Shown here: one piece after another, positions 9,728 through 18,687 of the stretch
Numbering within the stretch: the stretch's first letter is position 1
Layout: every line of letters begins with the position of its first letter
Assembly: GCA_045105055.1 (NCBI GenBank)
Contig: JBGCDC010000141.1
Coordinates: 1 to 32,839 of the forward strand
Length of the DNA: 32,839 bases
From: Phycisphaeraceae bacterium
GTDB lineage: Bacteria > Planctomycetota > Phycisphaerae > Phycisphaerales > Phycisphaeraceae
Direction of reading: 5' to 3'
Translations under genes and position numbers: made by a program
Notes under the pieces: generated by a model
Told to the model about the DNA's origin: nothing
Seen by the model: only the letters and a program-made list of their open reading frames with translations
Database searches by the model: none

Positions 9728-10728
9728 GCCGCTTCCTTACGGGATAAGCCAGGGAGCGTAACATTTTTTGCGTCGCTATAAACTTCGTCGCGCGAGCAGC
9801 AGGGATTTGGCTTTTCGTCGTATAGATGGCTTAAGTCAAACTCGGAGAGGAGCCTTAGCATGGTGTCGATCTGCTGAGGTTCAACGTGGCGTTGCCAATC
9901 GCTGATGAGGTCTCCGCCGTGCAGGATGGCAGAGTCGTGGCGGTAATGGGCCGAGCGTTTTTGCGCCGCTTGTTCGATGCCCGAAGGGACCGATCGGCCT
10001 AGAAATGCGAAGAGTGCACCGACTTCTCTATCAAAGTCGGTGCAGAGATCCTCGTAGCGGACCAGGTGTGCATCGCCAGATTTAAGCTCACGCATCGGGA
10101 CAACATTTTCGACACACCACATCGTCATGTGCTTGGTCCAAGTGTCGTCCGATCTCTCAAAGCGTTCTATGGTGTCACGATACGGCTCAAGATGATCTTC
10201 CATCAGCGCGGGCTGTGCGAGCAGTTGATCCAGATGGGTCTCCCATCGGAGCTTCATTCGTGAATGAACAACAGCGCAAGGATGTCGCATCGCGAAGAGG
10301 AGCTTCACCTGCGGTAGCGATTCGCGGATAAACCCGAGCATCAGATTGGTACGGATCGCTTTAACGAGCCGTTGCTTGGTGGATTGCTTGCGGTTGTAAG
10401 CGTCGGTCCACCGTGAGCGAACGCGCCCGGCAAGTAGCGATTCGACGATCGCATTTATCTCGTTATTACGTTGCTTTGAAGGTAGATAACGCATCGCTGG
10501 CCAATTGGCGACTTGTTCGACGTGCTGCGGGTGGAAGGGCTCGAAGATGTCGCGGTAGACGTTGCCGTGGTTAATGATCTGGCTCATCCAAGTCGTGCCG
10601 CTACGTCCTGAGCCCGCAAGTAAGACGGTGCCGGATAATTCGTGCGTGTCGATGTGACACATCCCGCATAGCACAGCGGCTTCACGTTTAATATGTTTCA
10701 CGGCTTGTTGAGCACGGTAAGGAATCAT
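9724..10728 (-). CDS. Sulfotransferase
   Basis: 5'-PSB loop GSGRSGTTW, EPF, 3'-PB RHPCAVVHS, and RYEDL. Confidence 0.88.
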   Translation of the reverse strand: MIPYRAQQAVKHIKREAAVLCGMCHIDTHELSGTVLLAGSGRSGTTWMSQIINHGNVYRDIFEPFHPQHVEQVANWPAMRYLPSKQRNNEINAIVESLLAGRVRSRWTDAYNRKQSTKQRLVKAIRTNLMLGFIRESLPQVKLLFAMRHPCAVVHSRMKLRWETHLDQLLAQPALMEDHLEPYRDTIERFERSDDTWTKHMTMWCVENVVPMRELKSGDAHLVRYEDLCTDFDREVGALFAFLGRSVPSGIEQAAQKRSAHYRHDSAILHGGDLISDWQRHVEPQQIDTMLRLLSEFDLSHLYDEKPNPCCSRDEVYSDAKNVTLPGLSRKEAA

Positions 10729-11711
10729 GCGGCGTTCGTTTTGCCTGTCTTATGGATCAGCTGATTCGCACGTTTGAGGATCGGCCAAACGGGACGGATA
10801 AAGGGCTGGCCTTTGAGTCGGCGCGTTTTGAGATTGTCGTATTGTTGCTTAAAGAGTGTTGTGTTCGTAAAGAACGTCGGCTCGTATCGACAGGCACGCG
10901 CGGCCATCATCGCAGCGTGACGAAAACGCATCAGGTCTTCAGCCGTCACATTTAAATCGTCGAAGTTACGCACGAGATCGAGTAGTTGTCGTGCCGCAAC
11001 GGGGTCTGTTCCTGGCAGTAGCCGATCGATTAATGCGTTGCGTAGTCGATAGAAACGCTTGCCATGGTCGGCGTTCCAGCCTGCGGTCGCCGAGTCGTCG
11101 TGGATGCGATAGCCAAGTAGCGACTGGTCCAGGGTGGCAAAGCGGACAATCAACGCCATGCGTACCCACAGGTCGTAGTCCTCGTTGCCCGGCGGCAGAT
11201 CGCGATAGTTGCCTGCCTCGAGCACTGCGGAACGTCGCATCATGACGGTCGGATGGCTGACAGGGTTCGTCACGCGCAGCGACCAGCGGATCTCGGCGTC
11301 TTGGGTCGGGTGGTGGGTGAGGGCTTCTTTGCTGTCGAGGCGATACATCTGCGTGCCTAGGACGCCGACCTTGCGGTGGTCGCAGAGGTACTCGACTTGT
11401 CGCCTGATGCGGTCCGGCTCGGCGTGGTCATCCGCATCAATACGCGCGAGCAACTCAGTCTGCGCGCTAACGGTTAGCTGCGCTAACGCTCGGCCTAGAC
11501 CGATGCGTGTCGAGCCAATGATTCGGCCTTGCACTTCACGTCCGATCCATTTCCGCAAGATCTCAGCCGTGCCATCATTCGATCCGTCGTCCCATACATA
11601 GACGGTATGCGCTTGATCGGGGTAGTCCTGCTCCGCGATCGAGATCAAGGTGCGCTCAAGATATTGTTCGCCATTACGAACGGGCAAAAGCCAAGTGACG
11701 CGTGGTGGCAT
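10725..11711 (-). CDS. Glycosyltransferase family 2
   Basis: LPVRNGE, DDGSNDGT, ARIDADD, HPTVMMR and EDYDLW. Confidence 0.92.
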   Translation of the reverse strand: MPPRVTWLLPVRNGEQYLERTLISIAEQDYPDQAHTVYVWDDGSNDGTAEILRKWIGREVQGRIIGSTRIGLGRALAQLTVSAQTELLARIDADDHAEPDRIRRQVEYLCDHRKVGVLGTQMYRLDSKEALTHHPTQDAEIRWSLRVTNPVSHPTVMMRRSAVLEAGNYRDLPPGNEDYDLWVRMALIVRFATLDQSLLGYRIHDDSATAGWNADHGKRFYRLRNALIDRLLPGTDPVAARQLLDLVRNFDDLNVTAEDLMRFRHAAMMAARACRYEPTFFTNTTLFKQQYDNLKTRRLKGQPFIRPVWPILKRANQLIHKTGKTNAA

Positions 11712-11722
11712 GATGAGATTCC

Positions 11723-12835
11723 TTACGCGGCCTTGCGGATTGGTGTGTGTGCTGACTTGATGCCAGCTTGTTCAAAGATCGCTTCGAATCGTGCTGCATA
11801 GGTATGTTCGCCAAGGGTGCGTTGATAGCCTCGGCTAGCGATATCTCTGCGATCGTCTTCATGCTTCAGGTAGTAGCGGACTTGATCGACTAGTTCATCG
11901 ATGGTTTCAAACGTCGCGCAGTCCTGGCCTGGCTTGAGATAAGTGTCTAAGTCTTCAGCAGGTTGTGTGAGTAAGAATCCGCCGCAGGCTGGCACCTCAA
12001 AGACACGACCTTTAATCTGGCGTGGCGGCGCAATATCCGGCGTGGCGGCTCGCTGCTTATCCCATGCCGCGAGCCGCTGTGCGCCGCTCCAAAGCCGCCA
12101 AAGGGCTGGCTTAGTGCGGAGTGAAGAGACGGTGTGCGAAGCCGCGATTGCTTCAAGTTTCGTACGGCTGCTACTCGATGCGTCGGCGAAATTCAGATTG
12201 ATCCGGCTCTGGCTGAAGACACGGATCATCTCGCTCTGCGATAGCTTGCCGTCGGGCCAGCCGCTCCCCCATGCGCGGACATTGATACCTGCGCGTTGGA
12301 GTGTTTGGATCGCTTGTTCACGCATGCCATAGGGCTGGCCGACGAACGTCACGTCGTATTTGAACGGCTCATCCGTCGGTTTATAGAGCGTGTGATTGTC
12401 GCCCCATTGGCTCTTAATGACGTTGGTTAGGCCGTGGGCTTGGTATCCCGCGTAGGCGTTTTGCGATGTGGTGACGACGTGGTTAAAGCAGGGTGTCCAG
12501 CCGCGTGCATGGCTATCGAACTGCCAATGGTCGTCGCAAAACCAATTGATCGTCGTCGTATCGGATTGTTCGGAGATGCGGCGCATCGTGCGTTTGCTAA
12601 CAAGATCCCGACGCACGACGCCGAACAGCAGGTCGGGTTGTTTGCCTTGTACGATGGCTTCGAGTCTGCGATTTGCTTTGGTTCTGCCTAGGTCGCTGAT
12701 CAGCGATGGATAGTCGAAGTACGTTAGCTCATGCCCCATCGCGCAAAGCGATTCATAAAAATTGAAATGCTCAAAGCTCAACCCGTTTGAGGGGTTGCCG
12801 TAGTCGTAGCGTTGGGCGAGGTAGAGGATTCGCAT
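11723..12835 (-). CDS. CgeB-like glycosyltransferase (GT-B, Glyco_trans_1_2 type)
   Basis: NWFCDD, DVTFVG, SRINLNF, KGRVFEVPACGGFLLT and EHTY..R. Confidence 0.85.
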   Translation of the reverse strand: MRILYLAQRYDYGNPSNGLSFEHFNFYESLCAMGHELTYFDYPSLISDLGRTKANRRLEAIVQGKQPDLLFGVVRRDLVSKRTMRRISEQSDTTTINWFCDDHWQFDSHARGWTPCFNHVVTTSQNAYAGYQAHGLTNVIKSQWGDNHTLYKPTDEPFKYDVTFVGQPYGMREQAIQTLQRAGINVRAWGSGWPDGKLSQSEMIRVFSQSRINLNFADASSSSRTKLEAIAASHTVSSLRTKPALWRLWSGAQRLAAWDKQRAATPDIAPPRQIKGRVFEVPACGGFLLTQPAEDLDTYLKPGQDCATFETIDELVDQVRYYLKHEDDRRDIASRGYQRTLGEHTYAARFEAIFEQAGIKSAHTPIRKAA

Positions 12836-12848
12836 GGTGGAGCGTGTA

Positions 12849-13607
12849 TTAAGCGGCCGATGAGATGGCGATCGATTCAGATTCTTTGGTTGGTTTTAAA
12901 GTCGTTTTAGGTGGTGCGCCGACGCGAACTTGCCACGCTTGTCGGTTGACGAAATGTCCGTTTAGATAAGTGCTCGCGTAGAGGAAGTAGCCTTTTGCGT
13001 CGAGCATTTCAAAGATTTCATTTCGTAATGGGCCGATGTTATTCTCGCAAAACTCCGCCGATTCGATACAGATTAATTCGGGAGCGTGGCGGTCAAAGTC
13101 GTAAGTCTTCAGGATTGAAACATCTAATCCTTCTGCATCGATCGATACGAAATTCGGTCGATCGGTCATATTCTCATCGATCGCCTGCGCGATGGGTAGA
13201 ACCGGGACGTTCATTCGCTCGATGATTTCATACGGGCCTTGTTTGCAAGCGTCCTCAGCATCACGCAGTGAAAACGTATTGAGCGTCGGCTGATTCATTC
13301 GGTAGAACGGGGCAGTGCCTGCGTTATCCGCGCTAATTCCTGCTGCTAGGATCTTGTCGTGTCGACGTTTTTTTTGCAGCTGCTTTACGCAGTCCGGGTC
13401 TGGCTCAATCAATAGGCCTCGGCAGCCGAGTTGATAGAACAGATAAGTGTTGCTGAGCCGAATCGGATCATGCGCCCCGATGTCGATATACGTCGGCTTT
13501 GCAATCTTCATGTGCTGGCAGAGCACGTTGTATGCAAGGATATCTTCACCACTCTGCGCATAGCTCGTCAGGTATCGGCGGGTTTTATTCTTTTTAAATA
13601 AACGCAT
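12849..13607 (-). CDS. FkbM-family methyltransferase
   Basis: SYAQSGED, YIDIGAHDP..LSNT, GLLIEP and FVSIDAEGLD. Confidence 0.9.
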   Translation of the reverse strand: MRLFKKNKTRRYLTSYAQSGEDILAYNVLCQHMKIAKPTYIDIGAHDPIRLSNTYLFYQLGCRGLLIEPDPDCVKQLQKKRRHDKILAAGISADNAGTAPFYRMNQPTLNTFSLRDAEDACKQGPYEIIERMNVPVLPIAQAIDENMTDRPNFVSIDAEGLDVSILKTYDFDRHAPELICIESAEFCENNIGPLRNEIFEMLDAKGYFLYASTYLNGHFVNRQAWQVRVGAPPKTTLKPTKESESIAISSAA

Positions 13608-13641
13608 GTCACGTCATCCTGCTTCAATCGTCGACTGTGCG

Positions 13642-14391
13642 TTAAGCCGCCAATGAATTTGTTTCTGATTCGGTTTGAGTAGTCGCTTGGCTAGTCGGCA
13701 AGGTATTGCGTGACCAGCATTCCCATACAAACGGGACACCTAGGTAAGGCTCGTGCGTTTGCCCGAGAGCTTCGAGCAACTCTGTTCGACGTGTTTCCGC
13801 ATTTGGTACAAAATCATGAAACTGAACCAGCAAGCGATCGACGCGCTGAATCCAATCGCTGCTTACCAGCCATTCGAGCAGGTCGTATTCGCCGCCCTCG
13901 ATATTGATCTTAAGGAGGTCGATAGACTCGACGTTATAGTCGCGCATCGCTTGCTCGAACTGCAGTAGTTTTGCTTTAACTTCCTGTCCGTCAGACTTGT
14001 AGAGACTTGTGCTCTCGCCCGCGATGCTCAGGGTCATGGTTGATGCTTCCGCGGCCAAGCCAGCATCAAATACTTCTGCATTCGCGTTGTTTTCAAAGCG
14101 TTTACGAATTTTTTTTGCATAGCTGGGCACGGGCTCGAAGATCAGCGATCGACACTGATAGCGTGCCAAGATTTCTGCGCTGAAGTCGCCACGGAATCCA
14201 CCGAGGTCGACAAACGTGCTGTCCGCATTGAGTGGGTGTTCGTAGAGAACTTGATTGTTGGAGTCTACCTGCTGCCATTGGATCAGCCGATAGGCGCACG
14301 CCTTTGATCGAAGCCTGCGCGCGTACCAGCTCAGGTACGGGATGGCTTTATCCATGAGGTTCGCGAGTTTGTAGGCAAGTCGATTGGTCAT
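13642..14391 (-). CDS. FkbM-family methyltransferase
   Basis: FVDLGGFRG, IFEPV, IDLLKINIEGGEY and VQFH. Confidence 0.88.
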   Translation of the reverse strand: MTNRLAYKLANLMDKAIPYLSWYARRLRSKACAYRLIQWQQVDSNNQVLYEHPLNADSTFVDLGGFRGDFSAEILARYQCRSLIFEPVPSYAKKIRKRFENNANAEVFDAGLAAEASTMTLSIAGESTSLYKSDGQEVKAKLLQFEQAMRDYNVESIDLLKINIEGGEYDLLEWLVSSDWIQRVDRLLVQFHDFVPNAETRRTELLEALGQTHEPYLGVPFVWECWSRNTLPTSQATTQTESETNSLAA

Positions 14392-14399
14392 TGCAATAC

Positions 14400-15887
14400 T
14401 CAGGCTGCGGCGCGATTTAGGAGACGGCTAAAGGCCTTTGTGATTGTTCGAGGCAGCGTTGTGATCGTTAGATTGGTGCTCATCGTTTGCGGCGCGGCGG
14501 GGCGGGTACGCAGCGGCCGATCCCCAATACGCTTGAACCAATCTTTTCGACGGCGCTTCGAACGGAGCCGTGCGGCATCGCGTGGATCGAGTTGATCTAA
14601 GAACGGCTCGATCAATTCGAAGGCATGCTCGTCGATCGCGTTCGATTTGGCGTAGCGTGTCCAGTACGAACTGTGCCCATCGCGGTGTAGGTACGAGGTG
14701 CCGGGCACGGTCAGCATGGTTCCACCGTTGGCGACTTGTCGTAGACCAAAGCCCCATGTGTCTAGCGCGCCTGAGCTAGTTGGGTAGCCGCCTGCTGCGT
14801 CGTAGTTAGAGCGTGCAAAGAGGTAGTTGCCGCTTGAGCCAGGCACTCGGCACGTGGTCACGTACTCGGCCAAGCTGTATTCACTGTGTGCATATTCGTG
14901 GCTGTGCGTGACAGCGTCGGCTGTAGGTTCATCGCGGAAGTAATCGACTCGGCCAAAGCAAACAACCTCTGAGGCGTGCCGATCCATCTCATCTCTAAGG
15001 CGATCAACGCTACCGGGTAGCAGCACATTGTCTGCATCAAGGCAAAAGAATAGCTGAGCGTTTGCTTGCGCCAGCGCGGTATTCCGTGCGGCGCCGCCGC
15101 CTTTGTTTTCGGTGTGACGAAGGATGGTCACGCGCTCGTCCATTGCTGCAATGCGGCTTACAATAGCAGCTGTGTCATCAGTGGAGGCGTCGTCGACAAT
15201 GATGTACTCATCGCCGGGACGCATATTGTTTTCGATCAGCGAGCGCGCGGCTTCTGCGAGGAAAGGTGCCGCGTTGTAAGCAGGAGTGAAGAACGTGACG
15301 GGACGGGCCTGCTTGGTGATTGTCCAGACGCCGTGGCCGAGTGCTTCGGGTTGCCAGCCGAAACGTGAGAAGAAGCGATGGATCGCGTTGCTCACGCCGG
15401 GGAAGTCGGGGTGGTCTAGGTCGTGTCCCGCGATGATGCCGCCTTCGCGGACTTTGGGGAACCAGGCGCAGAGGTCTGCGATTAGGCCGGCCTCACTGTG
15501 GTCTGCGTCGAGGTAGACGAAGTCGAGTGAGCCGTCTTCGAAGCGTCTGCTTGCTGTTACGGAGTCTTCGCGGATCTGTTCGAACCGATCTTGAAAGATC
15601 GACAGCCGATCGACTACGCGCTTAGCCAAGCGATCGAAGACGGCCTGGGGTAGATTCATTGGGTCGTCGTAGTCGTCGCGGTGTTGGTAGCTATCGACGC
15701 CGTAGAGTTTGTCGACGCCGCGCTGTTCAAGGATGGCTCGTGCGTGTCCGCCGAAGGCGACGCCGACCTCAACGCCGATGCGCAGTCCGAGCTTGCAGAC
15801 GCGCTCGGGGAACGCGGCGTAACCGGCCTGCCATGATCCTTCGTACTTATGGATCAGCGTGTCAATAGTTTGGTCTTCTTGAGTCAT
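14400..15887 (-). CDS. Class I SAM methyltransferase (Methyltransf_24-like) fused to GT2
   Basis: GVEVGVAFG, LDFVYLDADH and GGIIAGHD, then TPAYNA, VDDASTD and CLDADN. Confidence 0.88.
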   Translation of the reverse strand: MTQEDQTIDTLIHKYEGSWQAGYAAFPERVCKLGLRIGVEVGVAFGGHARAILEQRGVDKLYGVDSYQHRDDYDDPMNLPQAVFDRLAKRVVDRLSIFQDRFEQIREDSVTASRRFEDGSLDFVYLDADHSEAGLIADLCAWFPKVREGGIIAGHDLDHPDFPGVSNAIHRFFSRFGWQPEALGHGVWTITKQARPVTFFTPAYNAAPFLAEAARSLIENNMRPGDEYIIVDDASTDDTAAIVSRIAAMDERVTILRHTENKGGGAARNTALAQANAQLFFCLDADNVLLPGSVDRLRDEMDRHASEVVCFGRVDYFRDEPTADAVTHSHEYAHSEYSLAEYVTTCRVPGSSGNYLFARSNYDAAGGYPTSSGALDTWGFGLRQVANGGTMLTVPGTSYLHRDGHSSYWTRYAKSNAIDEHAFELIEPFLDQLDPRDAARLRSKRRRKDWFKRIGDRPLRTRPAAPQTMSTNLTITTLPRTITKAFSRLLNRAAA

Positions 15888-15901
15888 ACGGGCACCTAGT
15901 T

Positions 15902-17389
15902 TTATGCGGCGCGGGTGACGAGCCGAGCGAGTCGTTGTCGGATGCTTTGAATATTCAGGGCGATACCGAGCACGCTTCGGCCACGCTTATCGCCGTCGAG
16001 TAGTAGCGGGTGCTCGGCCAGGTTCGTGAACCACTGGTCTTGGTTTTTGCTTTGTAGCAAGTAAAATTGCGAGGCGGTGGACAGTCGGCTGAAGTAGGGC
16101 CGCAGCAGTGACAATGCTAGGCGGTCGGTCTTGCCCGCTTGATGTTCGCGTTGCCAGTAGCTGTTGTGCCCGATGCGGTGGTCGTAATATCCCTCGGGAC
16201 AGACGCTCAGCTTGCTGCCTGTTGCGACGATGCGCAATCCAAAGCCCCATGAATCCAGTGCCGCGACGTCTTCGGGGTAACCGCCTGCGCGGTACCACGC
16301 TTCACGGGTGAAGAGCATGTTGCCCGCGGCGCCGGGGGGGTCTTGCATAGCACAGTATTGAGCGAGGCTTGCTTGGGCCTTGGGGTATTCGTGGGTCCAC
16401 GCGGTTTCGCCGGGCTCATCGCCATCGCGGAAGAGGCGGATTTGTGAGAAGCATGCTGCGTCGACGTTTGTCTTGATCAGGTGGTCACGCAATGCTGCGA
16501 CGCTGTCGGTGGGCAAGACGTTGTCCGCATCGAGCATCATGATGAGCTCGTGCTTTGCGTCTGCGATCGCGCGGTTGCGTGCGACTGCTGCGCCGTAGTT
16601 TTCGGGGTGATAGATCGTGCTGATGTCGGGGTAAGCCTCGACAAGTTCGTCGATGATGACGCCGGTCGAATCGGTCGAGCCATCGTCGATGATGATGAGC
16701 TCATCGCCTTGTACGAAGTTGTCTTCCATGATCGAGGCGGTCGCCTGCCAAAGCGTATCTTCCGCGTTGTATGCGGGGACGATGTAGCTCACTGAAGCTC
16801 GTTTCTTCTCAACCCACCAGACGAATTGGCCAGCGTGGTGTACGGTCCAGCCGAGGCGTTGGAAGAAGCCATCGACGGCTTGTTGCACGTCCGGCATGTC
16901 GGGGTTGTCGTAGTCATGGCCCGCGATGATGCCGCCTTCGCGCACCTTGTCGAACCACGCGCCGAGGTCGCTGCCAACCGCGTCGAATTGTTGATCGCCA
17001 TCGATGTAAATGAAGTCGAGCGATTCGTCTTCGAACTTGGATACCGCTTGTAGCGAAGGTTTTCGCAGCAGCTCGAAGCGTCGTCCGAACCGTGCCAAGC
17101 GGTCTAGCGCGATGTCGTGGACGCGGTCCATGTCGTGCTGGCTGAGCATATTGGGGACGTCGTCGTGATCATCGGAGGTGTACGGGTCGATGCCGGTGAC
17201 CGCTTCGAGTCCGCGGTATTCGAGCAGTGATTCGCAGTGTCCACCGAAGCCGACACCGATCTCGACACCGGTGGTCAGTCCGCGTGCTTTGACGAGTCGG
17301 AGGAACTCGGTGTAAGCAGGTTGCAGGCTCGCTTCGATCCGTTGTTGGCGTTCGACGAGATTGATATTTGGGATCGTTGGCTTGTTCAT
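15902..17389 (-). CDS. Class I SAM methyltransferase fused to GT2 (tandem paralog)
   Basis: GVEIGVGFG, LDFIYIDGD and GGIIAGHD, then VPAYNA, IDDGSTD and MLDADN. Start placed at ATG 17389, which overlaps the wzt stop (ATGA). Confidence 0.88.
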   Translation of the reverse strand: MNKPTIPNINLVERQQRIEASLQPAYTEFLRLVKARGLTTGVEIGVGFGGHCESLLEYRGLEAVTGIDPYTSDDHDDVPNMLSQHDMDRVHDIALDRLARFGRRFELLRKPSLQAVSKFEDESLDFIYIDGDQQFDAVGSDLGAWFDKVREGGIIAGHDYDNPDMPDVQQAVDGFFQRLGWTVHHAGQFVWWVEKKRASVSYIVPAYNAEDTLWQATASIMEDNFVQGDELIIIDDGSTDSTGVIIDELVEAYPDISTIYHPENYGAAVARNRAIADAKHELIMMLDADNVLPTDSVAALRDHLIKTNVDAACFSQIRLFRDGDEPGETAWTHEYPKAQASLAQYCAMQDPPGAAGNMLFTREAWYRAGGYPEDVAALDSWGFGLRIVATGSKLSVCPEGYYDHRIGHNSYWQREHQAGKTDRLALSLLRPYFSRLSTASQFYLLQSKNQDQWFTNLAEHPLLLDGDKRGRSVLGIALNIQSIRQRLARLVTRAA

Positions 17390-18669
17390 GCGGCGAAGCT
17401 CCCGGTGTTGTTGGTCGCGTTGTCGTGTTCGGTTCGGCGTGTGCCGTAGCCGGGCAAGTTGATGAGGCCGAGGTTGATCGGGTCGTAGTTCTCTGACCAC
17501 ATCTCCGAGACGGTGAAGTCCATGAGATCGGTGCCCCAGATGTACTCGCGCATCCCGTCGCGGTATCCGCCGATGCTGATGCTGTATCGCCCGGGTCGTA
17601 GCAGGTACGCGGGGATCTCAGTCTCCGCTTCGAATCGGCCAGCGGGGAGATCGGTTGGCACGGGTGTGTCGTGCTGAGTAAGCAAACGGACGCCGTCGCG
17701 AAAGATCGAGAAGGTCGTGCGGAAGTTGGGGACCATACGATCGACCGAGCCGTTGACGTGCAGCTTGATGGGTTGTTGCGGGTGCACGATGCGTGATTTG
17801 GTGTTGTCGGCGCCGTTGATGGTGAGCTCGCTGAAACGCATGACCTGAGCGAGCGGGCCGTTGAACACGCCGGCCGGGTCGTCGCGCCAGTTGGATACGA
17901 GTTGCAGGTAGCGGTCGATTGCTTGTTGTGGCTCGCCTATGAGTTCGACCTGTCCGCCGTCAAGGAGCATGACCTTGTCACAGAGCCGAGCGACCGCGCC
18001 CATGTCATGACTGACGAATAGCACGGTTCGGCCGCCTTGTGCGATCTCGCTCATGCGCCCGAGGCATCGCTGTTGGAAACCCGCGTCGCCGACCGCGAGG
18101 ACCTCGTCGATGAGCAGCACTTCGGGTTCGAGGTGTGCTGCGACCGCGAAGGCGAGGCGGACGTACATTCCGCTCGAGTAGCGTTTTACAGGGGTATCGA
18201 TGAATTTTTCGAGCTCGGCGAAGGCAACGATGTCGTCGAATTTGGCTGCGACTTCGCGTCGTTTCATACCGAGGATTGCGGCGTTGAGAAAAATGTTTTC
18301 TCTGCCGGTGAGCTCGGGGTGAAACCCGGTGCCGACTTCGAGGAGCGATCCGACTCGGCCGTGCATGAGCGCTTCGCCGGAGGTTGGCTCGGTGATTCGA
18401 GAGAGAATTTTGAGGAGTGTGGACTTGCCTGCGCCGTTGCGGCCGATGACGCCGAAGACTTTGCCTTGCTCTGCTTCGAAACTGACATCATCCAAGGCCC
18501 AGAACACATCGCCTTTGGTTGAGGCGGTTGGGGTTCTTCGGGTGAGTTTGTTGAGCGCTGAGCCGGCCACGCCATAGAGCCGTTCGCCGAGCGTGGGCTG
18601 AGCGGCGACGACTTGGCCTAGGCGGTACTGCTTGCTTAAGCGTTCAACTTGGATTGCGGATGGAGTCAT
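17386..18669 (-). CDS. wzt: Polysaccharide ABC exporter ATPase with C-terminal Wzt_C-like domain
   Basis: GRNGAGKST, YSSGMYVRLAF, LLIDEVLAVGD and VSHD, plus a ~170-aa beta-rich C-terminal extension. Confidence 0.92.
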   Translation of the reverse strand: MTPSAIQVERLSKQYRLGQVVAAQPTLGERLYGVAGSALNKLTRRTPTASTKGDVFWALDDVSFEAEQGKVFGVIGRNGAGKSTLLKILSRITEPTSGEALMHGRVGSLLEVGTGFHPELTGRENIFLNAAILGMKRREVAAKFDDIVAFAELEKFIDTPVKRYSSGMYVRLAFAVAAHLEPEVLLIDEVLAVGDAGFQQRCLGRMSEIAQGGRTVLFVSHDMGAVARLCDKVMLLDGGQVELIGEPQQAIDRYLQLVSNWRDDPAGVFNGPLAQVMRFSELTINGADNTKSRIVHPQQPIKLHVNGSVDRMVPNFRTTFSIFRDGVRLLTQHDTPVPTDLPAGRFEAETEIPAYLLRPGRYSISIGGYRDGMREYIWGTDLMDFTVSEMWSENYDPINLGLINLPGYGTRRTEHDNATNNTGSFAA

Positions 18670-18687
18670 GGTTTGGTGGTAAACGGC

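Noticed and set aside
9724-17389. AA endings as a by-product of translational coupling (GCA-TGA overlaps)
   Set aside because: This explains at most the final Ala in three genes. The other six have non-overlapping stops and varied Ala codons.
17390-17500. N-terminal extension of ORF 15902..17500, or a possible frameshift fusion with wzt
   Set aside because: ATG 17389 overlaps the wzt stop (ATGA coupling) and gives a length equal to the paralog. No slippery site is evident.
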